A DNA stretch of 64,000 bases, taken from positions 29,636,001 to 29,700,000 of the forward strand of contig CM119376.1 of assembly GCA_051294905.1 (NCBI GenBank), in the 5' to 3' direction. Within the stretch, counting starts at the first letter, position 1. Each line of letters begins with the position of its first letter. A program made the position numbers and the translations under genes. The stretch comes from Botryllus schlosseri. Its lineage: Eukaryota. This document shows, piece after piece, positions 1 through 13,300 of this stretch. Below the pieces are notes generated by a model. It saw nothing but the letters and a program-made list of their open reading frames with translations. It was not told the DNA's origin and did not search any database.

Positions 1-257
1 ACGTCTTGCACACTCTGGACGGGTCCGGGTTGAATCAGTTCATGCTGCGAGACAAAGTTTTTGTCACTGTTCACGACGCATGCGTCTATGCCGAGCGGGC
101 ACAGAGGTATGTTACACAATCGATTAGCGGTACAGCAAAAGTCCTAAGATACATCGTCTGCTACAGAATGGCAGTTACCGGTTCTGCGTTGGAGATCGAC
201 CCCGAAGGATATTCTCATCTTCCAGGATACCCGGGATTTGACGCTCTTGCTTTGTGA
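1..257 (+). CDS. SLC26: 3' end of an SLC26-family anion transporter (STAS domain C-terminus); partial gene, last two exons <1-106 and 167-257
   Basis: The frame from nt 3 reads VLHTLDGSGLNQFMLRDKVFVTVHDACVYAERAQ, matching the F-x-T-V-H-D-A motif that ends SLC26 STAS domains (e.g. FFLTVHDAILY in pendrin). Donor AG|GTATGT at 106/107, acceptor CTACAG| at 166 (60-nt intron), then RMAVTGSALEIDPEGYSHLPGYPGFDALAL-stop. Subfamily cannot be assigned. Confidence 0.7.
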   Translation, partial: VLHTLDGSGLNQFMLRDKVFVTVHDACVYAERAQRYVTQSISGTAKVLRYIVCYRMAVTGSALEIDPEGYSHLPGYPGFDALAL

Positions 258-444
258 GAGGCCTATCGTCAAAAGCGTTAGTGGGGACGATTTTTACAGG
301 GATTGTGACAAAGCCTTTGAGTAGCGATACTTTTAGTGAATTCTATTGCGACATATTTCATTTCGATCGCTGGCAACAAGGTACTTTTAGAGACTTATGG
401 AGGCGCGAAACTTCAGCGTACAATTGAATGGTATATTTATATTG

Positions 445-652
445 ATTGAATAGTATATTCATATTGAAATCAACTGGAATATTTTCGGCTGACACTCGTC
501 AGGGGTAATCGTCAGCAACTAGTAGAGAATTGGAAAGAACATTGATGATATACAATGTTCTTTCCAATTCTCTACTAGTTGCTGACGATTACCCCTGACG
601 AGTGTCAGCCAAAAATATTCGGGTTCATTTCAATATGAATATACTATTCAAT
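445..652. repeat. Long hairpin: 100-bp inverted arms with an 8-bp loop (head-to-head CTGACACTCGTCAG repeats)
   Basis: Arms 445-544 and 553-652, about 4 mismatches by eye; a third partial forward copy at ~700-785. Confidence 0.9.
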
Positions 653-3600
653 TGTATATTGAAGTTCTGTACCTCCAAGAAGCTCTTCAAATATTTATAT
701 TGATATAAACCAAATATTTTCGACTGACACTCGTCAGCGGTAATCGTCAGCAACTAGTAGAGATATCAAAAGAACTTTGTATAGCAATACGAGTGTTGGT
801 ATTGAATGGGGTTACGATATGTCCTCTTTTAAGCGTATTTGTCTTCTTGTTTTCAAGAAATTGAAAATCTCCTCGGAGTACGCCCAAATGTCCTCTATTT
901 TCGGAATTTGAAAAATACGCCTAGGCGGGTATTTCAAGAGCGAGATCGAAATAAATGACCTTCTTTTATATTACCCGGAAAAATATTCGAAAACACCCGT
1001 GTTTTTCCTCAGATATTATAGCTTCCCAAATTTTTGAAATTTTTCGGATCTTGAAATATGCTAACCCTATATTCAAAGATCTCTCTAATTCTCTAGAGTC
1101 GAAACATTTGGCTTTATTTCAATATGAATATATTATTCCATCGTATACCGAAGGTGCATTTTATGCTGCTGTTATTAGATTGCACAGAAATTTCTATTTA
1201 TCATTATCTTTGGCATACTGTAATCAACCCAATCTAGAGGTGCTAAGTACTTGACTTGCTAAATTTAGTTATTTCTTTTTGTGGTACGTTATGCTTGTTC
1301 TACTTCTAAATCAATGGTTATTGAAGCCCCGTTCTTTTGAATCTTGTTCAGTAGTAGTTGTTTTCAATATATTCACAGCGCTGAAAATTGCTGCGACCAC
1401 CTGGCAATACAATCCCATGACGTAATGAGACCAATTTCTACGATACCGTTGTTTATTGTGCGTTAATCATGGAGATGCAGTCAGAATTTTCGTGTCGAAG
1501 CACTGTTGGTCAATTAGTTGTTGTGATGTCTATGATCAACTTGTTTTTATGCTATACATTTACCAGCTTCGTTGCACACCTGTACGCAAATTGCACAAAT
1601 ATCAATTTCCGTCTATTCGATTTATATACACTTTATTATTTGAAAGCAATAATACAAGATATGTCTATGAAATACAGAGTCTCTGTTAGCTGACATTTGT
1701 AGGTATGTCGTAAAGGAAACTGCGAAAATTCGAATCACATGACATAAACTCTAAAACAGTAGGCCCATTACTACGTTGATTCTGAGGTAAGCTGCTGTCT
1801 CTTATATTCCAAAACAAGAATGTCAACTGGGATATTGGCCTTCCATCTCAATTGCAGCGCCCTGAAATTCATTTTATGTCCGGTCGCTGACCTCTGCGCG
1901 GGTCCCCCTAAATGCAATGTCGTAACTGCCGCACCCCAAACCCCTCGATTGAGATTGTCAAAGTTGGGATCAAAATTGCTCCGTAAATCAACTTGAAGTA
2001 AGAGTATTTTTGGGCATATATATTCGGCTTGAAATATTTCTTCCCGATTTAGTGTCTGCAGATTTCAGGACTTAAATTTCGGATACTCCCTCTGACGGAA
2101 CAGTAAAATTAAAAGGTTAGCATAATTTTACATGAATGAGTAGTGTAACTGCAAGAAGTCAGTCATACCACGAGATCAATATCCCTGATTTGTGTGGAAC
2201 AGTATTATCGAGATAAGACTTTGAAGATCTCGTATTCTTTTAGCAACGACTTCGAGTCGTCGTATTTTGACCTGCACTTAATATGTCCTGGTGTCGATCA
2301 TCTATTACAGTGGAACCAAAAGTAGACCCCCGCACCCCGTTGGAGTAAGAGAACTTGAAGGAGCGATAGCTACATAGGCCTACTGGGCGATTGGTGACCG
2401 GTATTGGTGAAAGGGGACTTTATGATCTGTATAAGGATGTTTGGGAAATCCATAATTTATTAGCTGTATTTGTACACCATAATTCGGTTCGGTTTAAGTT
2501 TATTATTACCAATTTAATCCAATCAATACACTACAAGATTGCGATAAATGACAAGATAGGAAGGTGTCGAAACCAATTGGAGTAATTTTTGTAACTCAGA
2601 CACCGAAGCTCGGCCGAGGCGATGTAAATAAGAGGCATTCACTTACACAAATACCCACCGATTGAACAGCAATATAATATGGCAAAACTGGGTATTTTTC
2701 CAACTCGACTCCCGAAATACCCGTCGCTCGTGGGTTCTGCCGGACGTGTACCGTAATTCATGGTACCTTCAGGCGTTTTAGGCTAGAAAGGTGGCTGGAT
2801 TGCCAAAAAGGAGGACATTTGGCCGAAGGGGGGACATTTCTTGGAAAAGGAGGACAAGTCCTCCTGAGTTGGTGACCCTACCTCTACCGCAATGGAGATG
2901 ATTCATGATAGTTTTATCGACCGGCAGCCGTCTCTACGGAAATACATATAACTACACATAGTACACACATATGTTATTATGTAGTGTAAAGTGTAGAGGC
3001 TATGTGTTGCTGTTTTTTTGCCAATACAGTACTAAATTCATTTGTTGTTAATGTTCCGCTTGGCGAAGCAATAAAAATCTCTCTCTTTCTCTCTCTCAAC
3101 GTGTTGCTCGCATTGCGGCAATCATTTGCTGATCACTACAGGGTTTTGCATGCTGCGTTTACTGATAGATCAACGCCTGCAGCAATGAATTCCAATTCCA
3201 CAACAATTTGACTGCGATAAGGATAACGTGCATTTGTTCGTCTGATCGAGAGAGGAAATGGTGTTTCTCAGCGCGCGCTTAGCATTAAGTCGTGTTTTAT
3301 TAACTCGCATCGCTTCGCATGACTAGCGATTATTGTTTTTACTAATTACTGTAATTATAGTAATTACTAGGGCTGGCCAAGATCGAGTGCCTATTGGGTG
3401 CAACTTAAGTTTGGTGTACAGAGATTTTCCATTCTCATACTTACCGGAATGAACAGTGATTTGACATGGACTGAAGTTGAATTATGGTGTATTTACAATG
3501 CGAATTTTACTTTAACATACAATTGAATAGTATATTCACATTGAAATGAACCCGAATATTTTCGGCCGACACTCGTCAGGGGTAATCGTCAGCAACTAGT

Positions 3601-4315
3601 AGAGAATTGGAAAGAACATTGTATATCAACAATCGTATCACAAAATATGACGTCACCGGCATGGATTTCACTTTCTAAAATTAAATTGAATTTCCAAGAT
3701 TTTGCGAATTCAGTAATTCAAATTCTTATCTAATTTTGAAAAAAATAATTCTGTTCAAATTTGAAAAGCTGAAAATTTTCTAGTTTTCCAACTCCGGCTG
3801 GATGATTCTGATATTAAGGCGTCAAGTCGATAATTCGGGTATCACTCGTTATGACAGCATGAATGATGTGGAAAGTACAAATATGTACCTTTTACGCGAC
3901 CACAAAGAATATATAATTTGATATCTTTTCGGTTATACCTATTTCACAATGATTCGATCGGTCACATCGCAGCATACGAAATGCAGTACAAAAGCTCTGC
4001 ACGACCGTGGAAATGAAATATCTTTAAAGTCGTGATCAACTCACACAGCATTGTCACAAAGTGCAATGAAATACTCATGGTCAAAAAAATACCAAATAAT
4101 GTTCAATATGATGTAGAACTGGCATATAAAAGGTGCATATTTGAGCTTCCTACATCATCCATACTGTCGTAGTGTTTTAAGGAGTTATACTCAAAGCCTA
4201 TGACTCAATTCAGTTTCGAATCACTCAGGTACTTGATTTTGCCCAGCGTTAGTTGTAGCTGGTGAATCTTTGACCTAATATTGTTGGTTATCCAATATCT
4301 TGCCTGCTCTCTGTC

Positions 4316-7300
4316 ATGGGCCGTGCGGAATCTATCCAATTCCATGTCAATGGAAGACCATACATCGGTGAGTAGTTCTCAAATGGTTTGATTGTCAAAA
4401 ACTCACTCTTGGATATTTTATTTCAGTTGACAACCCAGAGTTTGGAGTTAGTCTCAATACATGGTTGAGGTCAAGTGCTAGGCTCACTGGTACGAAAGTG
4501 ATGTGCGCGGAAGGCGGTTGCGGCGTGTGTGTTGTGATGGTGACCAGACCTGTGCCTGGAAGCTCGGACACAAAAAGTTTTGCAGCCAATTCGGTTAGTC
4601 CCGATTTGCTTTTATTATTGGCTTGGAGACTGTACAAATAAGTAACATTTTCTACTTTACAGCATTGATTATTGCTGTGTGAGCCAAATTTGATGTGCAT
4701 CGTTTTGTTTAGGAAACTTAACAATTTCATATGGTAACCAGTAAAATATGAAAATGTATAATTTTGAATTTTTTATTCAATCAAATTTTTCTAACTCAAG
4801 TAACTTCGCTTCTACTAGTTGGAATTGAGTCAAATTTGTTATGCATTGTTTTTTTAGACAACTTGTCAATTTCATGAGGTAACCAGTAAAATTTGAGGTA
4901 GAATATCATATTTTTGAACTCTAATAGCTTCGTTTCCACAGGTTGGAATTGACCCAAATTTGATACGCGGTGTTTTTTAGCCAACCTAACCTAATTTTAC
5001 CAACTAGCCGGTAAGAGTAAAATTTGAAAAAAGTTATTTTTCACACAACCACATAAAACAAAGACATTGCTACAGATAGATTACTACTAATCTACATAAG
5101 TGATGGGCCTGCAGATTGCGACACCAGCGCAGGCAGCATTGTGACCACTGAGACTGAGCTACTGCAAATTAAGGCTAGAAGCATGCAAGCAAAATTAAAC
5201 TGGTTAATATTTATTATTTTTTCATTTTAAGTGCCTTTTTCCGCTGTTATCTGCGGATGGCTGTCACATCACCACCACCGAAGGTTTAATAGAAGAAGGT
5301 GGTACATACAACAGCATTCAAGAGCGAGTCGCCCATTTCAATGCTACTCAATGTGGATACTGTACCCCGGGATTTGTCATGACTATGTACAGGTGGGATA
5401 ATTTGTCTCGCAAAACTAATCAAATCTGGCTATGAATTTTTAATGACTTGATTTTTTAAAGGTTGTGATTTCATTGTCATTTGGCAAATTGTTGACTGAA
5501 TTCGTGACAAGAAGCAATTATAGTAAATCATACTTACGGCTGGGCAAAATCGAATACCTGAGTGATTTGATTTTGAATTGAGTATTAGGTTTCAAGTCAG
5601 GCGGCCTATCAATGATATTACAACAATAGCCTATCAATGATGTGTAAAAGTCAAATATGTACGTTTTATGCGACCACAAAGAACAGAATGCGAGTTCTAC
5701 ATAACATTAAAGATACCTTGATTTTGTATTTTCCGACCTTACCTATCTCATTGCAATTTGTGACAATGTTGTGTTGATCACGACGGATATGTCATCTTCA
5801 GTAATTACGTAGCTTTCTACAACATGTTTCGTATACTGCCATACGACCATTTGAGGCTTACAGCCTTCCTCGGTAGAAAATACTATCTAAACTATAATTT
5901 TCGTTGAATAATTAAATCTTTACTGGGAGGAGTGTATGTTTTTCAGTACTCGAAATAATCATCTCTCATTACTCGACTCAAAGCATTAGATTTATTACTC
6001 GCCCGAATCATGTGAAGAGTTGCATGATCTAATTAATCTCAGCTTAGCGTTAAACTCTGTTGATATTGTCAGTTTTCTGAAATGCAATCCAAAGCCGACT
6101 CAAGCGGAAATTGAAGAACAATTTGATGGAAACTTGTGCCGTTGCACGGGGTACCGACCCATTTTCGATGCCATGAAAAGCTTCGCGTCAGACGCCGATC
6201 CAAAACTAAAGCAAATCTGCCAAGATATAGAGGTTTGTATATTTGGGTTTCGATTTCAAGAAGTTTGTGATCTAAAGAGCAGATAAGGTAACCGGGTGCA
6301 CTTGAAACATGGAAAAAAGGTTACTGAATATTGGATTTGGTGCTGCCACAACCTAAAATACCTCCATCCAACCTGTATAAATGCTCCCCCTGGTAAAATT
6401 TGCTAAGAACTCAGTGTTTAGTAGACCCGTGCAAAGAAAACCAATGATTGATTGATTGTCGCAGTTGCCTTTAATTCTTCTGTACAAACGTGAATCAGAA
6501 GTTGAGTTATCTATGGCCATAGTTTCTTTGACCTCTAGTCCTTGCGCTTTATGAATCTTCATGTCCACCAGAGTGATATGCCGAATATCACAGACAATCT
6601 ATTTGCTTATTTGAGTACTCCCAATATCGCAGGGAGTCTGACAGTGGACATAAACAATCGCCTTATATTGCAACAAAAAAACTTCTTGTGTACCGGTAAC
6701 CCACAAAATTCTGTGCAAGCTTTATCGCACCATCATGCATGTCGTGCTCAACGTGCTTGTGACCCCAATATTGGTTATCCAGAATTCAAAATGAGTATTT
6801 GTGGACAAAAAGCCATAAAATTAGCAACGCATACTGTTCAGAACAGTGAACTGGTCACCGTAATTGTGGTGTTATGCCTCCCTACATATGTTAACGGTAT
6901 ATACAATACACATATAGTATTTGAGCAGCTTTTTGGAGGTACAGAACTTCATTATACAATTGAATAGTATATTCATATTGAAATGAACCTGAATATTTTC
7001 GGCTGACACTCGTCAGGGGTAATCGTGAGCAACTAGTAGAGAATTGAAAAGAATATCGTATATCAACAATCGTAACACATAAGTATGCATTTATTTTCAA
7101 GTGTTCTTAACCAGAAACCCCTGAATTCATCACTAGTGTGGAATTCCCCACCGGTCGGCAACTAGTGCCCTAACGGATTCTTGTGTTTAAGGATCTGAAA
7201 GGTTGTCGTCAAGAATGTAAAGACAAGGCCGGAGATTGCTACAGCTCGTGCGGTAGATATGATGCGGATGGCTGCAAGGATTTTATGCACAAAGACAAAA

Positions 7301-10300
7301 CGGTATCAGATATTAGTTTAGTCCTTTATTATAGTTATTGGATAACATTTTTTTTCAAAATCTACTGGATATTTGATAAAGCTATGGTTTGAAAAATGCT
7401 GCATACCAAATTTGACTCAATTCCAACATGTAGAAGTGAAGCAATTGAAGTTGAAATAAAATTTTCCAACTTTACTGGCTACGCCATGAAATTGCTAAGT
7501 TGTCCCACAAAAACGATGTATAACGAATTTGGCTAATTACAACCAGTAGAAGTGATGATATCGAAGTACAGAATTTTAGAGTGAGGGAAATTCTTTAATT
7601 AATAATATTAGACCCACCCATCGTAAATACTATTATTTCAAATCCAAAATTGTCTACTCCATGAACTTCACTTCTGTTGGTTGGAATTGAGCCAAATTTG
7701 CTACGAACCGTATTTTTAGACAACTTAACAGTAACAAGGCATAGCCAGTAAAATTTGAAAAAAAATTAATTCATCAATAAATTCAAAAATTTCCGATTCC
7801 GATAGCTTCACTTCTACAGGTTTGAATTGAGCCAAACTTGGTGTGCAGCATTTTTTTAACCAACCTAACCAGTAAAATTTGAATAAAAAAGTTATTTTCG
7901 TACAACCCTAATAGTTATCCATTGTGTTACATTGAATGCTTTTGTAGGTATCTTAATATGACAGCAGTTGTGAATATCGCATATAGGAATAAAGGGGCAT
8001 GTTGCCAGATGTGTATCGCCAATATGGAGTCGCAATAGGATTGCATCATAAGCCTGACCAGTTATCTCAACAGAACGTATGCATATGGCGAATGGCGATG
8101 TGTGTTTATTAGTTGACCGTTGTTTGCATAAAATGATAAGGTTATCTCGAAGACGATTCTTGAGCTCCCTTTATTCTGTTTTCTGTGGGCAGAGGTCGTC
8201 CGTAACGAAGCACCACTTTTTTTTTGTTGTATTACTTTCAAAGTCAGATTCTAATTCAATTTCCAAGTTTTTTGCAAATTCAGTCATTCTAATTGTAATC
8301 TAATTCGGAAAAAGCTGTGTCGCTATCATTCCAATTCTAATTTAATGTGGAAAAAATTGTCGCTTTAATTCTATTTGTAATCTGCTTTTGAAAAATCTGT
8401 GTCACTATCATCTTATTTCAATTTGATTGGGAAAAAAGCTGCGTCGCTATAATACAAATTCTATGCTAATATTGAAAATTCTGTGTCACTATCATTTTAA
8501 TTCTAATTCGAAAAAGAAAAACGTGTACCGGTACCGTAGCTATAGTCCTAATTCTAATCTAATTTCAAAAAGCTGAAAATTTTTTGGTTGCATATATCTG
8601 GCTTTTATGCTGGTCAACCACCAGCCGTTCTATAAAAATTATAAATTTCTTCTGCAGCTTCCGACCTTGAAGCCACAATTTCCATCTCTTGAATTGCATC
8701 CTTACATCGGAGGCATAAACGTCCGATGGCTCCGCCCCGCGAGCTTTCAGGAACTTAAAAAACAAGTTAAACTGCTGGTTTTGGATGGGAAGAAAGATAT
8801 TAGATTCGTCGTTGGTTACACTAGCACCGGTAAAGAGCGTTTATGATATTTTCTTCAAAAAATTCTTGTCCGTAATCAGATTTCAGATACAAAGTATTAC
8901 TTTTTGAAATAACCAAGTCGGTATTCCATACTTGCAGGCTTGTAACTAAGTCACAAGGTTCCGAGTCACGAGCCAATCTCACTTTTATAGTTTTGACTCG
9001 AGTCAAGTTGAGTTATTTTCAATTCACCACCGAGTCAAGTCCGAGTCAGCGAGCAGAGGGTCGAGTCCGAGTCATATGGTTGTGACTCGAGTCCGAGTCT
9101 GAGTCATTGTGATCACTGTTATGTTTTGAGTTTAATCCGATTCCACCCACTTTTTTCAACTCTACTCGAGAGATATAGAATGGCTCGTATTCATAATATC
9201 GTCATTTTCCTCGGTCCTAATAGTTTCTGGCCCTAATGTCCAATAGATATCAGGACTGATAGATGAAATACCAATCATGTGGTGACTTCACTATTTTTTG
9301 AAGTTGCAATGGAATGTCTGTCTTGACCGTCCTAGTCTCGAGTCATATGACTTAGTTCGAGTCATGCACAATGACTCGAGTACAAGTCGAGTCGATACAC
9401 AAATTGACTCGAGTCGAGTCAACCAAAAAATCGCGACTCGAGTCATTACAACCCTGGATACTTGAACCATTTACTCGAGCGGTTGTGTTTTAGTACTAGT
9501 ATTCATGTTGGAAAGTTTCATCATTAGAATCATAGAAAGATCTCCTATAAATAGTATTTTTACATTGAAAATTTTGTACCGTACTCAAATAACTTCGCTT
9601 TTACGGGTTGGAATTGAGCCACATTTTTATACCCACCTCATTTTTTAGACAACCTAATAATATCATGGGTTAGCCAGAAAATTCTGAAAAAAAATTCAAA
9701 TTAAAAATGAAATCATCCAGTCTTATAAGCTAACCTTTTGCAGGTTGGAATTGATATCATTTCAACCTGCAGCGTCGTTGTGATGTGCACTTTGTACAGT
9801 CTGTAATGATACATGCATGTGAAATTTGCGCACAATAACGTGACTAGTATGATCAATTGATCATTGATCAATGATGAAAAACGTGTTGGTTTCAGGTTCC
9901 TTTTTTTGTTTTGTAATGAGACCAAGCTGCAACCAATCGATCCTTGGCACAGGAAGGACGCCGTTTATTTATCAATACCGGATATCTCATTCGTTAAGGT
10001 TGTTCATAATTTTAGCGATCCAATACATCACAAGAATACGATACAATGAATTGGTTTGAATGTCAATCACGTTCATCGTCCAGATTTTAATATCCCTTCA
10101 GCAGCGGTTCCTTACTACAAACTATTTTGCAGGAATATTCAAAGACGAAGACGTATTTGATGCGTATATCGACAGCAAGGGAGTTGAAGAATTGTACAAA
10201 GTCAGTAACTTATCTCAGAAGTATTTTACGTTGATTGAATCATTGATCCATGTTTCAAAAGAATCTGAACAATTAAAATCAAGATTGTGGTTTTAGACGG

Positions 10301-13300
10301 CACTTAGCCTTGCAGAAACTTAAATAGAACCACCCGTAACATACGTAATATCAATATGAGAGCAACAAATTTTTCATTGAGTTCAAGTTCCAACTTCTTG
10401 AAAGTTGACAAGTCGGCAATTTTTTGCTATTCTAACTATACGCTAGCTGAAATGGCTGAAAACGATTGGATACACCGTTAAAAGGTCTATTTGAGTAAAA
10501 CTGGACATGTTCTATCTCTTTCAGATTTCTGACTCAGATAATACATTGACAATTGGAGCAAACGTCGTCTTGAGCGATTTTATTCAAGAATGTCAAAGTC
10601 GGTTGTCGGAATCCGAGATATTTCCTGTGCTGGCAAAGCATATCAAGAAAATTGCGCATGTTCCCGTCAGAAATGTAAGCGTTGAAATTACAGCAGATAT
10701 TGGAGTTTTCAGTTGATCCTGATAAAGCCAATAGCTAACACCTTCTCCGATAATCCCAATATATTCATATTTAGCCAATATGCAAAAGATATGGCAGGAG
10801 AGTTAATAATCTGAAAATAGTACATGCATTACTATATAGGTAAAAAGGTTGAATTTATTTAATAAATGTACGACAAAATTGGCACCATTCCAACGTGTAG
10901 AAGTTATTGATGCTCAAAGTTCATAATTTCAAATCGTAGTTTATATGGTGGGTGGATCGAAATAAATAAATGATGAATTTGTCACCGTAAATACTATTGT
11001 TTTCAAATCCAAAATTTTGTACTCCAATAACTTCGCTTCTACTGCTTGCATTTCAGCCAAATTTGCTGGGCCTTGTTTTTTTCAGACAACGTAACAATTT
11101 CATGGAGTACCCAGCAAACTTTTATATTTTTATATGTTTAAAACGAATAAATCCAAAACTTCTTTCTTATATAGTAATGCTTCTATAGGTCGGAATTGAG
11201 CCCAAATTGGTGTGCAGCATTTTTTTTTGGCAACCGAACAATTTTATCAAGTAGCCAGTAAAATTTGAAATTTTTTTTTTTTGAACAGCATTATTTTACA
11301 CGTATTAGAAATCACTATTTAATATTGTAATTGACTAAAAATTTACGTTGCTTGTACTTGTACATTAGTGGCAAAGTTGACTACTTCGCTGACGTGAAAT
11401 GATAATTGAAGCAGTATTACATCCATGAAATATATATTCATTCGATAGGTCGGTTCTTGGGCCGGGAATCTCATGATCAAAAAACTTCATCCCGAATTTC
11501 CGTCTGACGTAGCCACGCTGTTCTCTGCTTTCAACGTGGCCATTGTTGTTCACGATTGCATAACAGACGAGGAAAAGGAATATTTCTTGACCGGTCAAGA
11601 TAACTTCATGAGCTTGGACATAGCCGGAAAGGTCGGTGTTTTGGGGCTGGAAGACCAGACTTGGACTAGATAATTCTAGTTGTATAATTAGGCTTGTTAG
11701 AACGAAATGCCGGTAATATAATTCTTATCTAATTTGTGAAATGTTTCTAGGCTCTCATTTTAATTCTAATCTAATTTCGGTTTTGCCTGAAAATGCTATA
11801 GAACTGTATAGTGCGAAACAAACTGATTTATGAATTGGAAGCAATTTTCAAAGTTTTTTGCGACTTCATTAAATGTAATTCCAATCCAATTACGAGAAAT
11901 GTGTTTGTAGCCATAATTGTACTTCTAGTCAATTTAATTTAAAAAACGGTGTTGCTGTAATTGTAATTTTAATCTAATTTTCAAAACGGTGTAGCGACAA
12001 TTCTAATTCTAATCTGATGGTGACATTTTATGACATTGCTATCTTGTTCTATGTCAGGTAATTGTGGCTTGCAAGATACCGAAAACGAAGCCGCCTTCGG
12101 ATGGGATCTTCAAGGCTTTGAGCTACAAGGTCATGCCGAGATCGCAGGTAATTGACACCAATTAATGTTTTTATAAGATCTAGGAATTATGGTTTATAAA
12201 CACTAATAATTACCATTGGTGGTCACTGGTAACTAAGTACTTTAACTTTTTGGAGAACTGAAGTAGGTTTTGCCTGCTTGCACTGCTTACGCAAGTGGTT
12301 GATTTTAGACTACTTTCCAAGGTTGTAATGACTCGACTCGAGTCACGATTTTTTGGTGACTCGACTTGACTCGAGTCATTTTTTCAAATTAGTAAAATGG
12401 CTCGACTCGAGTCAATTTGTGTCTTTGACTCGACCTATACTCGAGTCATTGTGCGATGTGCACGACTCAAACCAAGTCATATGACTCGAGACTAGGACGG
12501 CCAAGATAGACATTTCATTGTAACTTCGAAGAATAGTAAAGTTACCACACTATTAACCCGATCGAAACGGCACACTCATTAATGATATTTTCACGAACAC
12601 GCTTTACTTAATCCAAAATTTCCTGGGTTGTTCTGGTCGTAGACAATTACAACTATTACAGATGGATAGCTATTATCAATACGCATACGTCGAGCCATAA
12701 ATAACATCTTATACTATCGAATAGCCTGTTCAAAATGCAAATTGAATACATAAAAACGTTTTGCGCAAAATACAATTCGCCACGACGTTCGCGTGAATGT
12801 TCGCGCGTGAGATAAACCAGCGCCCGTGACCTAAATCAGCGCATCTCCGAGACATCAAATTCATTTGCAGATATTTTCTCCTAACATGTGTTGGTTATGC
12901 CCATTTCCCATCTGTTGGAATACTTATAATCAAAAATTAGTCGCACAGAAGATTCTTCGAACTGGAAGTAAAAATATGTTACGAAATAACATGCGAGGGT
13001 TTTAGCAATGTATTTTCTGTTGATGTTGAAGATTACGCATATTGAATATTTTTGCTATTCATACTAATACACCAATACTGCCATGATGTTCTTCAGCGAG
13101 CTATAAGATCTCCGCTATTGATATGACAGCAAATTTATGTCCGTAAATGGCTTCACTTCTGGTGGAAATGTTTCACGTCTTTCCCGTAGTAGCGAATAAA
13201 AACAAATGCACCGGCACATCAAAGCTCCGGTCGCGATTCTGGTATTGAAAGGTGTTTTCGTGTCTGCTCGAGATTTCCGTCCACAACGCGCAGGTGATTT

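Noticed and set aside
1700-1786. 5' UTR exon or promoter of AOX (strong donor GAG|GTAAGC at 1786)
   Set aside because: Plausible, but no partner acceptor or transcript evidence can be fixed from sequence alone.
6542-6967. 141-aa intronic ORF as a nested gene
   Set aside because: TTG start, no recognisable motif, no splice support, and it runs into a dispersed repeat.
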